Under the pieces are notes generated by a model. The model saw nothing but the letters and a program-made list of their open reading frames with translations. It ran no database searches and was not told where the DNA came from. This document shows, in pieces, positions 38,688-47,589 of a stretch of DNA of 64,000 nucleotides; position 1 is the stretch's first letter; each line of letters opens with the position of its first letter. The position numbers and the translations under genes were made by a program. This DNA comes from an uncultured Bdellovibrionales bacterium (GTDB taxonomy: Bacteria; Bdellovibrionota_C; UBA2361; OMII01), in contig CAZZJR010000002.1 in NCBI GenBank assembly GCA_964654585.1, forward strand, positions 18,957-82,956, given 5' to 3'.

Positions 38688-39680
38688 ATGATCATAGCCG
38701 GAGATATTGGCGGAACCAAAGCTCGTGTAGGACTTTTTGAACGGCGCCAAGGCAAAGTCGAGATGATCCTCTCGGAGAGGTACGTCAGCAATGACTTCCC
38801 CTCCCTTGAGGCGATCCTTAAGCAGTTTCTCGACAAGCATCAGTCGGCGATCACAGAGCGGCTTGAAGCGGCATGCTTCGGACTACCCGGACCGGTCGTT
38901 AACGGGCGCGTTAAAGTCACGAACCTGCCGTGGCAAGTTGTTCAGAGTGATGTCGGCGCGACACTCCGAATTCACAAGATAAAACTTGTTAACGACCTGG
39001 TGGGAACCGCGGCGGCGATACCAACTTTCGGTCCTGACAGCCTGTTAACAGTGTATGAAGGTCGGGGGTTCGTCGATCGCGGCGGCTCGTGTGTTGTTGT
39101 CGCACCCGGAACCGGGCTCGGGCACTCGCTGATTCATCGAGAGGCCGGCTGGAGTGTGCTCCTCGCTTCGGAAGGTGGGCACGCAAACTTTGCGCCCACA
39201 AATGAGGAAGAGATAGATCTTCTGCGTTACCTCCAAAGCCGCTTTTCTCACGTCAGTGTTGAGTCAGTCTTGTGCGGCCCCGGCATTGCGAACATCTACT
39301 CGTTCTTGCGGGACACAGGTCGTGGAGACGAGCCGGCACAGCTCAAGTCACCTGAAGCTGCCAACAAAATAACTTCTATCGTGACAGAGCTTGCGATGGA
39401 CGGATCCTGTGACATCTGTGTCAAAACGATGCGGATGTTCTGCTCGATGCTCGGCGCGCACTGTAGCAACATGGTGCTCAACTACCTCGCTACAGGCGGC
39501 GTATACCTCGGGGGCGGCATCCCGCCAAAGATAGCCCCGTTCCTTACCAAGGGCCCATTCGTCGAGGGCTACCTTAAGAAAGGGAAGCAGAAAGAGCGCG
39601 TCGAGGCCACTCCAGTGTTTATCATTAAGGACGACCATGCTGCCCTCTTCGGGGCGGCGGCAATTGCGGCAACGCTGTAG
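38688..39680 (+). CDS. glk: glucokinase
   Basis: ROK/Glk N-terminus IAGDIGGTKARVGLF, and EGGHANFAP, matching Glk-type glucokinases. Confidence 0.82.
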   Translation: MIIAGDIGGTKARVGLFERRQGKVEMILSERYVSNDFPSLEAILKQFLDKHQSAITERLEAACFGLPGPVVNGRVKVTNLPWQVVQSDVGATLRIHKIKLVNDLVGTAAAIPTFGPDSLLTVYEGRGFVDRGGSCVVVAPGTGLGHSLIHREAGWSVLLASEGGHANFAPTNEEEIDLLRYLQSRFSHVSVESVLCGPGIANIYSFLRDTGRGDEPAQLKSPEAANKITSIVTELAMDGSCDICVKTMRMFCSMLGAHCSNMVLNYLATGGVYLGGGIPPKIAPFLTKGPFVEGYLKKGKQKERVEATPVFIIKDDHAALFGAAAIAATL

Positions 39681-39742
39681 CGTCGTCAGTCTTCTAGCTC
39701 ATTCAGTTCGAACGTAGTTCCGCCCGAGCCGCAGAGGCGCAG

Positions 39743-40459
39743 CTAGCGAGAGCGCTTGCGCAGGGATCGCAAGTTCAGCATCTCTACGAACAGCGAGAAG
39801 CCCATCGCAAAGTATACGTATCCCTTTTCAACGTGGTAGCCGAACCCATCTATCAGAAGTACGAAGCCAATCATGAGAAGGAAGGCCAGGGCGAGCATCT
39901 TCACCGTTGGATTTTCCTCGATGAACTCGACGATTATTCCCGAGAAGATCAGCATCACAACAACGGCGAGGATAATTGCAATCGCCATGATCGGAAGATT
40001 GTTCGTCATTCCCACTGCGGTGATGACCGAGTCGAGTGAAAAAATGATGTCTATGAGCACAATCTGAAACACCACGCCGCGGAGCGTCGGCATTAGGCTC
40101 GAATCCTTCACTCGAAGCTCGCTCTCCTCGCCAAGAGTCTTATCGTGAATTTCTTTGGTCGCCTTGTAAATCAGGAACACTCCTCCCAGGATGAGGATGA
40201 TATCCCGGCCGCTCAGGTCTCGATCGCCGTAGGCGAGCAACGGCTCAGTCATTGAAGCCAGGTACGACAGCGTAAAGAGCAGCATGAGTCGAGTGATGAC
40301 CGCCACCGCGAGACCGAGTAGCCTTGCCAGGCGACGCTGCTCCTCCGGAAGCCTGCCTGCAACGATTGCGATGAACACGATGTTATCGATGCCAAGCACA
40401 ACCTCAAGCGAGGTCAGGGTGAAGAGCGCAATAAGGTTAGGTACCGTCAGGAGATCCAT
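39743..40459 (-). CDS. TerC-family integral membrane protein
   Basis: LEVVLGIDNIVFIAI and DIIFSLDSVITAVGM repeats are diagnostic of TerC/Alx. Confidence 0.85.
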   Translation of the reverse strand: MDLLTVPNLIALFTLTSLEVVLGIDNIVFIAIVAGRLPEEQRRLARLLGLAVAVITRLMLLFTLSYLASMTEPLLAYGDRDLSGRDIILILGGVFLIYKATKEIHDKTLGEESELRVKDSSLMPTLRGVVFQIVLIDIIFSLDSVITAVGMTNNLPIMAIAIILAVVVMLIFSGIIVEFIEENPTVKMLALAFLLMIGFVLLIDGFGYHVEKGYVYFAMGFSLFVEMLNLRSLRKRSR

Positions 40460-40510
40460 GGTGTGCCGCTAGTTGTCGCACGGCTTGAGTTTTTTTGAAA
40501 CTGCCCAGGA

Positions 40511-41395
40511 TCAATCAAACGCCCTAGCCTCAACCTTGTGTATCTCGCCTTCGTCATCCTGTTCGATGAACTGAGGCGCCAAGTGCCAAAGCCAAGTATC
40601 ACTGCCCTTCAAGAGCCGCGAACTGGCACCAGCACGAAGAGCATCTCCCGAGTCGCCGAACAGCGCCGATTCAACCTGCCACTCGCTACGTGAGGCTTGA
40701 TAGAAGTAGTACTCCGAATCGAAGATGAGGATGATCCGAGAAGCTGCCGATCCGAATAAGGCCCGGAGGTGCGCGGCTTGAAGCTCACCCATGGACCTCA
40801 CGAGCTGTGCTTCCTCGTGTTCCGAAAGCTCGCCGTATCTTGAGCGGACGAAGTCTCGCCAGTAGAGCGGTATCTGACCTAGCAGGTTGAGTGAAATAAT
40901 AAGGTCGAAGGGCTCATCAGCCCAGGCTGGTCGGGGGGCCTGCAAGGTACTGAGCCCCGTGGCCAGCGCAGCCCTCTGTCTGCGTGCACACAGCTGCCTA
41001 GACCATGGCTCTATACAGTCCGTGACATCTCTTGTTTGCGCCACGAGCTTGCTACGGTGCTGTGGGGAGATTACAGCTCGCCACACGGACCGACACCCAG
41101 GGTCTGCATCGATCAGGTGAACTTCCCGGCTTCTCTCTAGCAAGCGTTCAGCATCGAGGTCGATGAGCCGTCCAGCTCCCAGAACCGCAACCCGCAGCCC
41201 CGCTGGGATCTGTAGATCCAGAAACTCCCTCGTGTTGCGAACGTGCGGAGCCCACCAACTCGCACAGCGGCGGTGACGCGCCTCGATCTGCGCTCCCATC
41301 GTGGCGAAGCTGCTGCTCGGACTGCGCGAAAATAGTGGGAGCCTCATCTGTTCTCTCTCCGAGCGGGTCCTTAGGGTCATCAGGTAATCGGGCAA
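40511..41395 (-). CDS. hypothetical protein with a Rossmann/class-I methyltransferase-like core
   Basis: VAVLGAGRLIDLD...VHLIDADP...DLIISLNLLGQIP resembles SAM-MTase motifs I, II and IV. No named family recognised. Confidence 0.4.
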   Translation of the reverse strand: MPDYLMTLRTRSEREQMRLPLFSRSPSSSFATMGAQIEARHRRCASWWAPHVRNTREFLDLQIPAGLRVAVLGAGRLIDLDAERLLERSREVHLIDADPGCRSVWRAVISPQHRSKLVAQTRDVTDCIEPWSRQLCARRQRAALATGLSTLQAPRPAWADEPFDLIISLNLLGQIPLYWRDFVRSRYGELSEHEEAQLVRSMGELQAAHLRALFGSAASRIILIFDSEYYFYQASRSEWQVESALFGDSGDALRAGASSRLLKGSDTWLWHLAPQFIEQDDEGEIHKVEARAFD

Positions 41396-41510
41396 CTCAC
41401 GAGAATACTTGCTCTTCCGCTAAGACGCCGAGTCATTCCCACGAGGCGAAGACCTCCCTGTTACGATTCGCAAACTTTCGCACACGGTGCATTTGAGTTG
41501 GTCGTAAGCC

Positions 41511-42179
41511 TTGAAGTATAACCTCGGTATGGCATGGGAAAACCAGTACATGCAGATGGTTAAAAGCAAGCCGGGGATCATCCTCGCGGAGGAAGACCGC
41601 TCGGATGTGTCTGATGCTGCGCGGCTTGAGCTTCGCCAGCGGATCGCCTCGCATACCCGCATCTTCGTTGAGCTCGGCTCGGGCTCAGGGCTGCACCTTC
41701 TGACGCTTGCGGAACGCAACCGCGATGCTCTCTGCCTCGGCCTAGAAATTCGCTTCAAGAGAGCATTCAAGACCGGCGAAAAAGCAGAACGAATGGGGCT
41801 CTCAAACCTGCTCATCATGCGCTCGGATGCGCGCCAGATAGGGCAGCTTTTTCAGGACGGTGAGGTGGACGGATTCTTCGTGAATTATCCAGATCCGTGG
41901 GATAAGCGCCGCTGGCTCAAAAATCGGCTCCTCAATCCAGAGCTGCTGCTCACGATGCGACGACTCTTGAAGCCCGGCGGATTTCTCCGATACAAAACCG
42001 ACCACCAAGAGTACTTTGCCAGCACTGCAAAGCTGCTCACCGACGGCGGCTGGCGAATCGGAAAACACACGACCGACCTGCTGAGCAGCTCGTGGACAGG
42101 CGAAAATATCCCTACAGAGTTTGAGTACCTCTTTAAATCCCAGGGCAAGCCGCTCTGCATGCTCGAAGCCCTGAGCTAG
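41511..42179 (+). CDS. trmB: tRNA (guanine-N7)-methyltransferase
   Basis: FVELGSGSG, LGLEIR, VNYPDPW.K.R..K.RLL and LKPGG...KTD motifs. Confidence 0.85.
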   Translation: MKYNLGMAWENQYMQMVKSKPGIILAEEDRSDVSDAARLELRQRIASHTRIFVELGSGSGLHLLTLAERNRDALCLGLEIRFKRAFKTGEKAERMGLSNLLIMRSDARQIGQLFQDGEVDGFFVNYPDPWDKRRWLKNRLLNPELLLTMRRLLKPGGFLRYKTDHQEYFASTAKLLTDGGWRIGKHTTDLLSSSWTGENIPTEFEYLFKSQGKPLCMLEALS

Positions 42180-42334
42180 TGTTCCGCAGCACCAGCACCG
42201 AAAAAACCGCGTATCTTGAACTAACATCCTGCAACAACTGAGCCTTCCCGCCCTTTCTCGGCCCTAGCCCTGCGCACAATTTCCCGCTTCAAAAGCATCC
42301 TAGTTAACTGGGTCTCAGTCTATCTCCCGGCACT

Positions 42335-43072
42335 ATGATTACCCTAGAGCGAGTTACAAAACGGTACGGCTCCTTCACCGCAGTGGACAGCGTTTCGCTC
42401 TCCATCCCTGCAGGCGGTATCTTTGCGTTCCTCGGCGTGAACGGAGCGGGCAAAACAACGACCATCCGGATGATGACTGGCATCCTGCGTCCAACCACCG
42501 GGACCATTACGGTTGGGGGCTTCGATATCGTTGAGCAGCCGCTTGAGGCGAAATCAATCATCGGCTACGTCCCTGACAGACCTAATCTGTACCAGAAGCT
42601 CACCGGCCGGGAGTTCCTCTACTTTATCTGCGACCTGTATCGAATGAGCCGCAAGCATGCGGAGCGCCGGATCGACGAGACTTTAGAGGAGTACTCGCTC
42701 CAGCAGTGGCAAGACGATCTCATAGAAAGCTACTCACACGGCATGAAGCAGAGGCTCGCGGCGTGCGCAGCTCTCGTGCACGACCCGCGTGTGCTCGTCT
42801 TTGATGAGCCGATGGTAGGGTTGGACCCTCATGGAGCGAAGCATCTCAAGGAGTCGCTCAAGCGTTACGCAAGCCAAGGGCTGACCGTCTTCCTCTCAAC
42901 CCATAGCCTCCACGTCGCCGAGGAGCTTGCAGACTTCCTCGCGATCATCCACCGCGGCTCTTTGTTGACAGCGGGCACTCTCGACGAAATCCGCACGAAG
43001 ACTGGGCGTCAAAAAGAGGAAGATCTGGAGCACATGTTCCTTGAGCTGACGTCGTCCGCGGCTGAGCACTAA
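42335..43072 (+). CDS. ABC transporter ATP-binding protein
   Basis: Walker A GVNGAGKTT, signature YSHGMKQRL, Walker B LVFDEP. Confidence 0.85.
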   Translation: MITLERVTKRYGSFTAVDSVSLSIPAGGIFAFLGVNGAGKTTTIRMMTGILRPTTGTITVGGFDIVEQPLEAKSIIGYVPDRPNLYQKLTGREFLYFICDLYRMSRKHAERRIDETLEEYSLQQWQDDLIESYSHGMKQRLAACAALVHDPRVLVFDEPMVGLDPHGAKHLKESLKRYASQGLTVFLSTHSLHVAEELADFLAIIHRGSLLTAGTLDEIRTKTGRQKEEDLEHMFLELTSSAAEH

Positions 43073-43100
43073 ACTGAGGAGGAGCTATGGAGGACGCCGC

Positions 43101-44783
43101 ATGACCCCCATTCCCCTCCTGCTAAAGCCCCCGCTACTTGGCCTTAAGAACCGCTACGCGTGGCGAGGAGTGCGCTCTCTCCGTGACTACGTAGGTCTCT
43201 TTGCATCTGCTACCATGGTAGTTGCGGTTTTCTTGTCTACCCGTGCTGCTCTGCAAGCAAGCTCGCATTTTATTGAGAGTGGCGCACTCGACCCCTTTAT
43301 ACCCCTCAGCCTTCTACTAACCAGCTTGTTCATCATGCTCGTTCTCTCGGCTGCTATAGCGGCGATTGGGTCACTATTCTTCGCCAAAGACCTTGATCTC
43401 ATACTCTCTTCGCCCGTGCCACTCACCCGTTTTCTCCGTGGAAGATGCTGCGAAGTTGCCCTATCGACCAGTTGGATGGTGTGTGTCTTCGGGCTGCCCT
43501 CGTTACTCGCTTTCGGCACATTCTTTCGATCAGGCCTGTCCTTCTTCCTTATGGCATTAATTCTCTCGGCAGTTGCTGTTGGTGTCGCCGTGCTAACCGG
43601 TGTTCTCGCCGCTGTCATCTTCGGAGCCGCCATCTCTCCGCGGCGGGGACGCACCTTGCTGCTGTTTCTCTTCATGCTATCGCTGCTACTTTTCTTCTGC
43701 TCCCTGAATTCCGCCTCTGTAACCTCTGCACTTGCAACCCACTCCCTGGCTCCGCATATCGAGATGCTTCATGCGGCGGCCTCTTCTTGGACACCAGGGC
43801 ACTTCTGGGCACGGGCCATCCTCGATATCCGAAACGGATCGGTTGCAACTGCTGGCCTAACACTGCTCGGAGCCTGTGCAGCTGCTGTAGTCCTCTGGTC
43901 AGCCCTCGTGGCTATTGCTTCTAGAACCTACCTCTGCGCCTACACGCACCTGCGGCATGATGGCGAGCTCCTGAAACTAAACAGCCGTGCGAGCCAAACC
44001 CTGGCCCGACTCATGATGCCGTTTGTGCGCATAGACCGTCGCGCGTTGATTACAAAAGAGTTTAAGCTCTTCGCGCGGGACCTGAGTCACACCATTCAGC
44101 TCGCGATGCTGCTCGCGATCTGCTTCATCTACCTCTACAATTTCAAGGCGCTCGAGGGGCCGACGAGCATGGCTGAAGAGGTCAGGGTTCTTTGGCAGCT
44201 CCTGCTCCTGCTGGTCAACGCTGTCCTAAGCTTCCTGGTGGTGACCTGCATCTGCTCCCGATTCGTGTTCCCGTCCGTTTCCCTTGAGGGCACCTCCTTC
44301 TGGATTCTGCAGAGCGCTCCCGTCTCGATGCGAAATATCTTACGGGCGAAGGTAGCAGGCTGGTTCATGCCGATGGCTGCGATCAGCTCAGTGATCTTCA
44401 TGTCAGGAGCAATGGCGATCGGTGCTGATGAATCCCTCGTGCTTGCGTCGGGCGCGGCTGGCGTAATCCTTGCCTACGGTCTTGTTGGTCTCGGTGTAGG
44501 CTTAGGAGCGCTCTTCGCTAACTTTGAGTGGGAGTACGCGAGTCAGGTGTCAACTAACGTCGGAAGCTTTCTCTACATGGCTCTTAGCCTGCTCTTCCTA
44601 TTCGTGAGCCTCGTTCCTATCACGCTGGCTTTCGGCGCATACGCACTGGTCCCAAACTTGCTGCCCTTCTCGGACTCTCCGATTATCATCTTAATCGGCG
44701 GGCTGTTTATCCTGGCGATCCTCAACTATGCCTGCGCTGCCACAGCTCTGTCCGTTGGCTCGCGGTCCCTGAAAGCACGGTAG
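43101..44783 (+). CDS. large polytopic ABC-exporter permease-like membrane protein
   Basis: 560 aa with at least 10 hydrophobic helices. Lies 28 nt downstream of the ABC ATPase. No substrate inference is possible. Confidence 0.55.
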   Translation: MTPIPLLLKPPLLGLKNRYAWRGVRSLRDYVGLFASATMVVAVFLSTRAALQASSHFIESGALDPFIPLSLLLTSLFIMLVLSAAIAAIGSLFFAKDLDLILSSPVPLTRFLRGRCCEVALSTSWMVCVFGLPSLLAFGTFFRSGLSFFLMALILSAVAVGVAVLTGVLAAVIFGAAISPRRGRTLLLFLFMLSLLLFFCSLNSASVTSALATHSLAPHIEMLHAAASSWTPGHFWARAILDIRNGSVATAGLTLLGACAAAVVLWSALVAIASRTYLCAYTHLRHDGELLKLNSRASQTLARLMMPFVRIDRRALITKEFKLFARDLSHTIQLAMLLAICFIYLYNFKALEGPTSMAEEVRVLWQLLLLLVNAVLSFLVVTCICSRFVFPSVSLEGTSFWILQSAPVSMRNILRAKVAGWFMPMAAISSVIFMSGAMAIGADESLVLASGAAGVILAYGLVGLGVGLGALFANFEWEYASQVSTNVGSFLYMALSLLFLFVSLVPITLAFGAYALVPNLLPFSDSPIIILIGGLFILAILNYACAATALSVGSRSLKAR

Positions 44784-44885
44784 CCTCGTTAGAAGTGGCC
44801 CACTCGCAACTTTCGCCTGGCTAAGCGCGAATGCACCCTCAGAATCTTGAAACGGGCCGCGACGAGCCCACCCCCAGAGCGAAAC

Positions 44886-45464
44886 ATGATCCGCGCCACG
44901 CTTCATCCCCGTGTAAACCCAAGCCATGAGCTATCTCTTGTGGCCTGCCAACGCGCCACCACAGAGGTATTGTCCCACGCCACCCGCCGAGCACGGGACA
45001 GCAGGCAGCGCCTCGCGAGGCGGTTACGCACTGCCCGAGCCCGGGCCTTTCAGCAGGGATACCAGCGTGGGCTCGCGGCAGCCCAGACAGAGCTCCAACA
45101 GGTGGCTGAGCAGGTCCGGTCGCAGTACGCGTCCGTGTGCGCAGCGGCCTATAAAGATGTCCGGGCCGTAGCGGTCGAGGTATGCGAAGAGCTGCTCCAA
45201 GGGCAGGCCCCTGAAATTCTCCTACCCTGGCTCGACAGGGCTGTAGCTATCCTCGGGTCTCGACGGAAGGCTACTATCCAAGTCCAGCAGCGCTACGCCG
45301 CGTGTGCAAAAGCACACATGCAAGCGACTCACGGTGGTATCAGCGTCATCATCGCTCCTCCCTCTCAGTCTGCTGGGTTCGTGGTCTCCACCGAAAGCGG
45401 GGAAATTACTTTTGCTTGGCGTACTGCATTAGAGGATCTGCTGAGAATGAGGACAGCAGAATGA
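44886..45464 (+). CDS. fliH: FliH/YscL-family (type III export ATPase regulator)-like protein
   Basis: Arg/Ala/Gln-rich helical region with the QQGYQRGL motif, and a C-terminal beta region (GGISVIIAP..SAGFVVSTESGEI). Its stop overlaps the fliI start (ATGA). Confidence 0.55.
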   Translation: MIRATLHPRVNPSHELSLVACQRATTEVLSHATRRARDSRQRLARRLRTARARAFQQGYQRGLAAAQTELQQVAEQVRSQYASVCAAAYKDVRAVAVEVCEELLQGQAPEILLPWLDRAVAILGSRRKATIQVQQRYAACAKAHMQATHGGISVIIAPPSQSAGFVVSTESGEITFAWRTALEDLLRMRTAE

Positions 45465-46750
45465 GCCTCTCAGCACCTTTTCGAGTCTCCGGCGAAATTA
45501 CCTCGGTCCATGGCAACGCGGTGACTGCTCGCATTCCTCAGGCAGCCGTCGGTGACTTGTGCTGGGTATCCTGTCGTTCCGGAAATCCGCTCCTTGCACA
45601 GGTTGTCTCGTTTGAGGGTCGCCGCTTTTCATTAGCTATCTTCGGTGAGCCCGATGGCATATGTCCCGGGGCATCGGTAGCCACTCACGGTAGCTCGCTG
45701 CGGGTGCCCGTAGGACAGGAGCTACTGGGCCGAATTATTAATCCACTTGGTGAACCGGTCGATGATGTCGCTGCACCGCTGCTGTGCAAGGCGACTCGCC
45801 CACTGGCGAGCAAGCCACCAGCCCCATCCGAGCGCCTCTTAATCGATTCGCCGTTTCATACCGGAGTGCGGGCTATCGACGGTTTCTGCACACTCGGGTG
45901 CGGACAACGAATCGGTATCTTCGCTTCTGCGGGCGCAGGGAAGTCAACCCTGCTCGCGATGATTGCCCGGCAAGCCTCTGCCGATGTCATAGTGGTCGCG
46001 CTGGTCGGAGAACGTGGTCGTGAGGTGCGTGAGTTCGTCGAAGAAACTCTCGGAAGCGCTGGGCTCCGCCGCTCCATCCTGGTAGTCGCAACGAGCGACG
46101 ACTCGCCGCTCCTGAGGCAAACCGCGCCGCTTACGGCGACTGCAATCGCCGAGCACTTCCGTGATGACGGAAAACATGTGCTACTAATCGTTGACTCGCT
46201 GACGCGCATGGCGCGGGCGATTCGGGAGACCAGCATAGCGGCCGGTGAGCTTCCAGTCCGGCACGGGTATACCAACTCAGTGTACACCCAGCTACCGAAG
46301 CTCGTGGAGCGTGCTGGTCGGGCAGGTGCCGGGTCGATTACTGCCGTATATACCGTCCTCACGAACCATGATGACGACATCGATCCGCTCGCTGACGAGA
46401 TTAAAAGCCTGCTCGATGGTCACATCTGTCTCCGAGCCTCTGTTGCTGCTCTCGGAGTCATGCCCGCTGTTGACATAACGGCGAGCGTCTCTCGCCTGTT
46501 TCCTCGGATCGCTTCACCAGCGCACCGGCAACGCGCCCACGAAGTCTCGTACGCCTTCTCGCGTCTGCTGAAGGAGCGGCAGATCCTCCTGCTCGGTGGA
46601 ACTCCCGACGAGGAGCTTGAAAGAATCCTCGCTTGCAGGGAACAGCTTCTGGCTTGCTTGAAGCAGCGGTTTGACGAGCCGGCCGCTTTCTCCGACACAC
46701 TTATGCGCCTGGAGGAAGCCGGCGGAAAGCTCCGCCAAGGGACTCGGTGA
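45461..46750 (+). CDS. fliI: type III (flagellar) export ATPase, FliI/YscN family
   Basis: N-terminal beta-barrel segment, Walker A GIFASAGAGKST, ALVGERGREV, Walker B LLIVDSLTR, and a C-terminal helical domain. The true start is ATG 45461 (MSLSAPF). Confidence 0.85.
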   Translation: MSLSAPFRVSGEITSVHGNAVTARIPQAAVGDLCWVSCRSGNPLLAQVVSFEGRRFSLAIFGEPDGICPGASVATHGSSLRVPVGQELLGRIINPLGEPVDDVAAPLLCKATRPLASKPPAPSERLLIDSPFHTGVRAIDGFCTLGCGQRIGIFASAGAGKSTLLAMIARQASADVIVVALVGERGREVREFVEETLGSAGLRRSILVVATSDDSPLLRQTAPLTATAIAEHFRDDGKHVLLIVDSLTRMARAIRETSIAAGELPVRHGYTNSVYTQLPKLVERAGRAGAGSITAVYTVLTNHDDDIDPLADEIKSLLDGHICLRASVAALGVMPAVDITASVSRLFPRIASPAHRQRAHEVSYAFSRLLKERQILLLGGTPDEELERILACREQLLACLKQRFDEPAAFSDTLMRLEEAGGKLRQGTR

Positions 46751-46753
46751 GGG

Positions 46754-46779
46754 GAGAGGCAGAGCCGTGTCTGTCTCTC
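46754..46779. other. stem-loop between the convergent fliI and membrane-protein genes
   Basis: GAGAGGCAGA-gccgtg-TCTGTCTCTC, a 10-bp stem with one G-U pair, followed by an A-rich run. It is not a textbook intrinsic terminator on either strand. Confidence 0.3.
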
Positions 46780-46805
46780 AAGGTTAATAAAAAAACGAAA
46801 TCCAG

Positions 46806-47222
46806 TTAGGCAGCGGGGCGAATCTCAAGGACTTTGCCTGTGAGTCGGTCCCGAGCCACTTCGACGTGCAGTGTAGTGCCCGGCAAGACGCGGCGCGGCG
46901 CAGCAAAGCTGATGAACGCTTCGGGATACTGCGGACAGACGATCACATTGAGGACCGGCTTGTCCGAAAGATTCTCGAAAACGGTCGGGACGTGCTTGCC
47001 CACCTGCATCAGGCCTGACCAGAGCCAAAACGGATGTCTCCGCGGAGCGAGATTCTCGGCGACGAGAATCTCTTCCTGGCTCCTCTTCGCGTACTTGAGG
47101 TCAAGCTCGCGAAGCCGATCACGCAGCCGAATACCTGCCAAAAAGACACCACTCATAATCCCGATTGTGCAAACCGCCGTGAAGGTGGCCGCACCATTGA
47201 GGATGTACACGAGCGTCTCCAT
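46806..47222 (-). CDS. hypothetical single-pass membrane protein
   Basis: GGAGG RBS 5 nt before the ATG. One N-terminal TM helix, then a roughly 100-aa soluble domain. No family recognised. Confidence 0.5.
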   Translation of the reverse strand: METLVYILNGAATFTAVCTIGIMSGVFLAGIRLRDRLRELDLKYAKRSQEEILVAENLAPRRHPFWLWSGLMQVGKHVPTVFENLSDKPVLNVIVCPQYPEAFISFAAPRRVLPGTTLHVEVARDRLTGKVLEIRPAA

Positions 47223-47589
47223 AAAACCTCCATAAAAAAGAGAAAACCTTCCTGGAACAAGAGACAGATACGCTCTGCCTCGAGAAACAGCCCAACAGGC
47301 TCTCTCTCCAAGCAGACTGCATTGGTGGCGACAGTACTCACCAACGAATTACCCCCGCAGAGCGAGCGGCACTCCCCTCATCTACCGATTCGAAATAAGG
47401 GCCCAATCCTAGCGTGATTTTCGTCCGATTCAACCCCAAGAAGCAGGGGGAGAGTATCCAAGCCTTAATGCGGCGCTGCGGCTTCGCCTGTGCTCGTGAA
47501 AGGTAGCTTCTCAGCCGATTGATCAAGACAGATTCCGACACCCTCCTCTCAGAGAGGACACAACGAATCGGGCTGGCATGCAGTCGGCA

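Noticed and set aside
40460-40510. A possible yybP-ykoY (Mn) riboswitch upstream of the TerC-family gene.
   Set aside because: Only about 50 bp is available, which is too short. The 115-bp region upstream of the preceding gene (41396-41510) also lacks the conserved GGAGAGUAG / GAGACC-type elements.
46806-47222. A possible PilZ (c-di-GMP binding, flagellar-brake-like) domain in the membrane protein downstream of flgE.
   Set aside because: PRRHPF and NLSDKP only loosely resemble the RxxxR and (D/N)xSxxG motifs. The second Arg and the Gly are missing, so the resemblance is too weak to claim.
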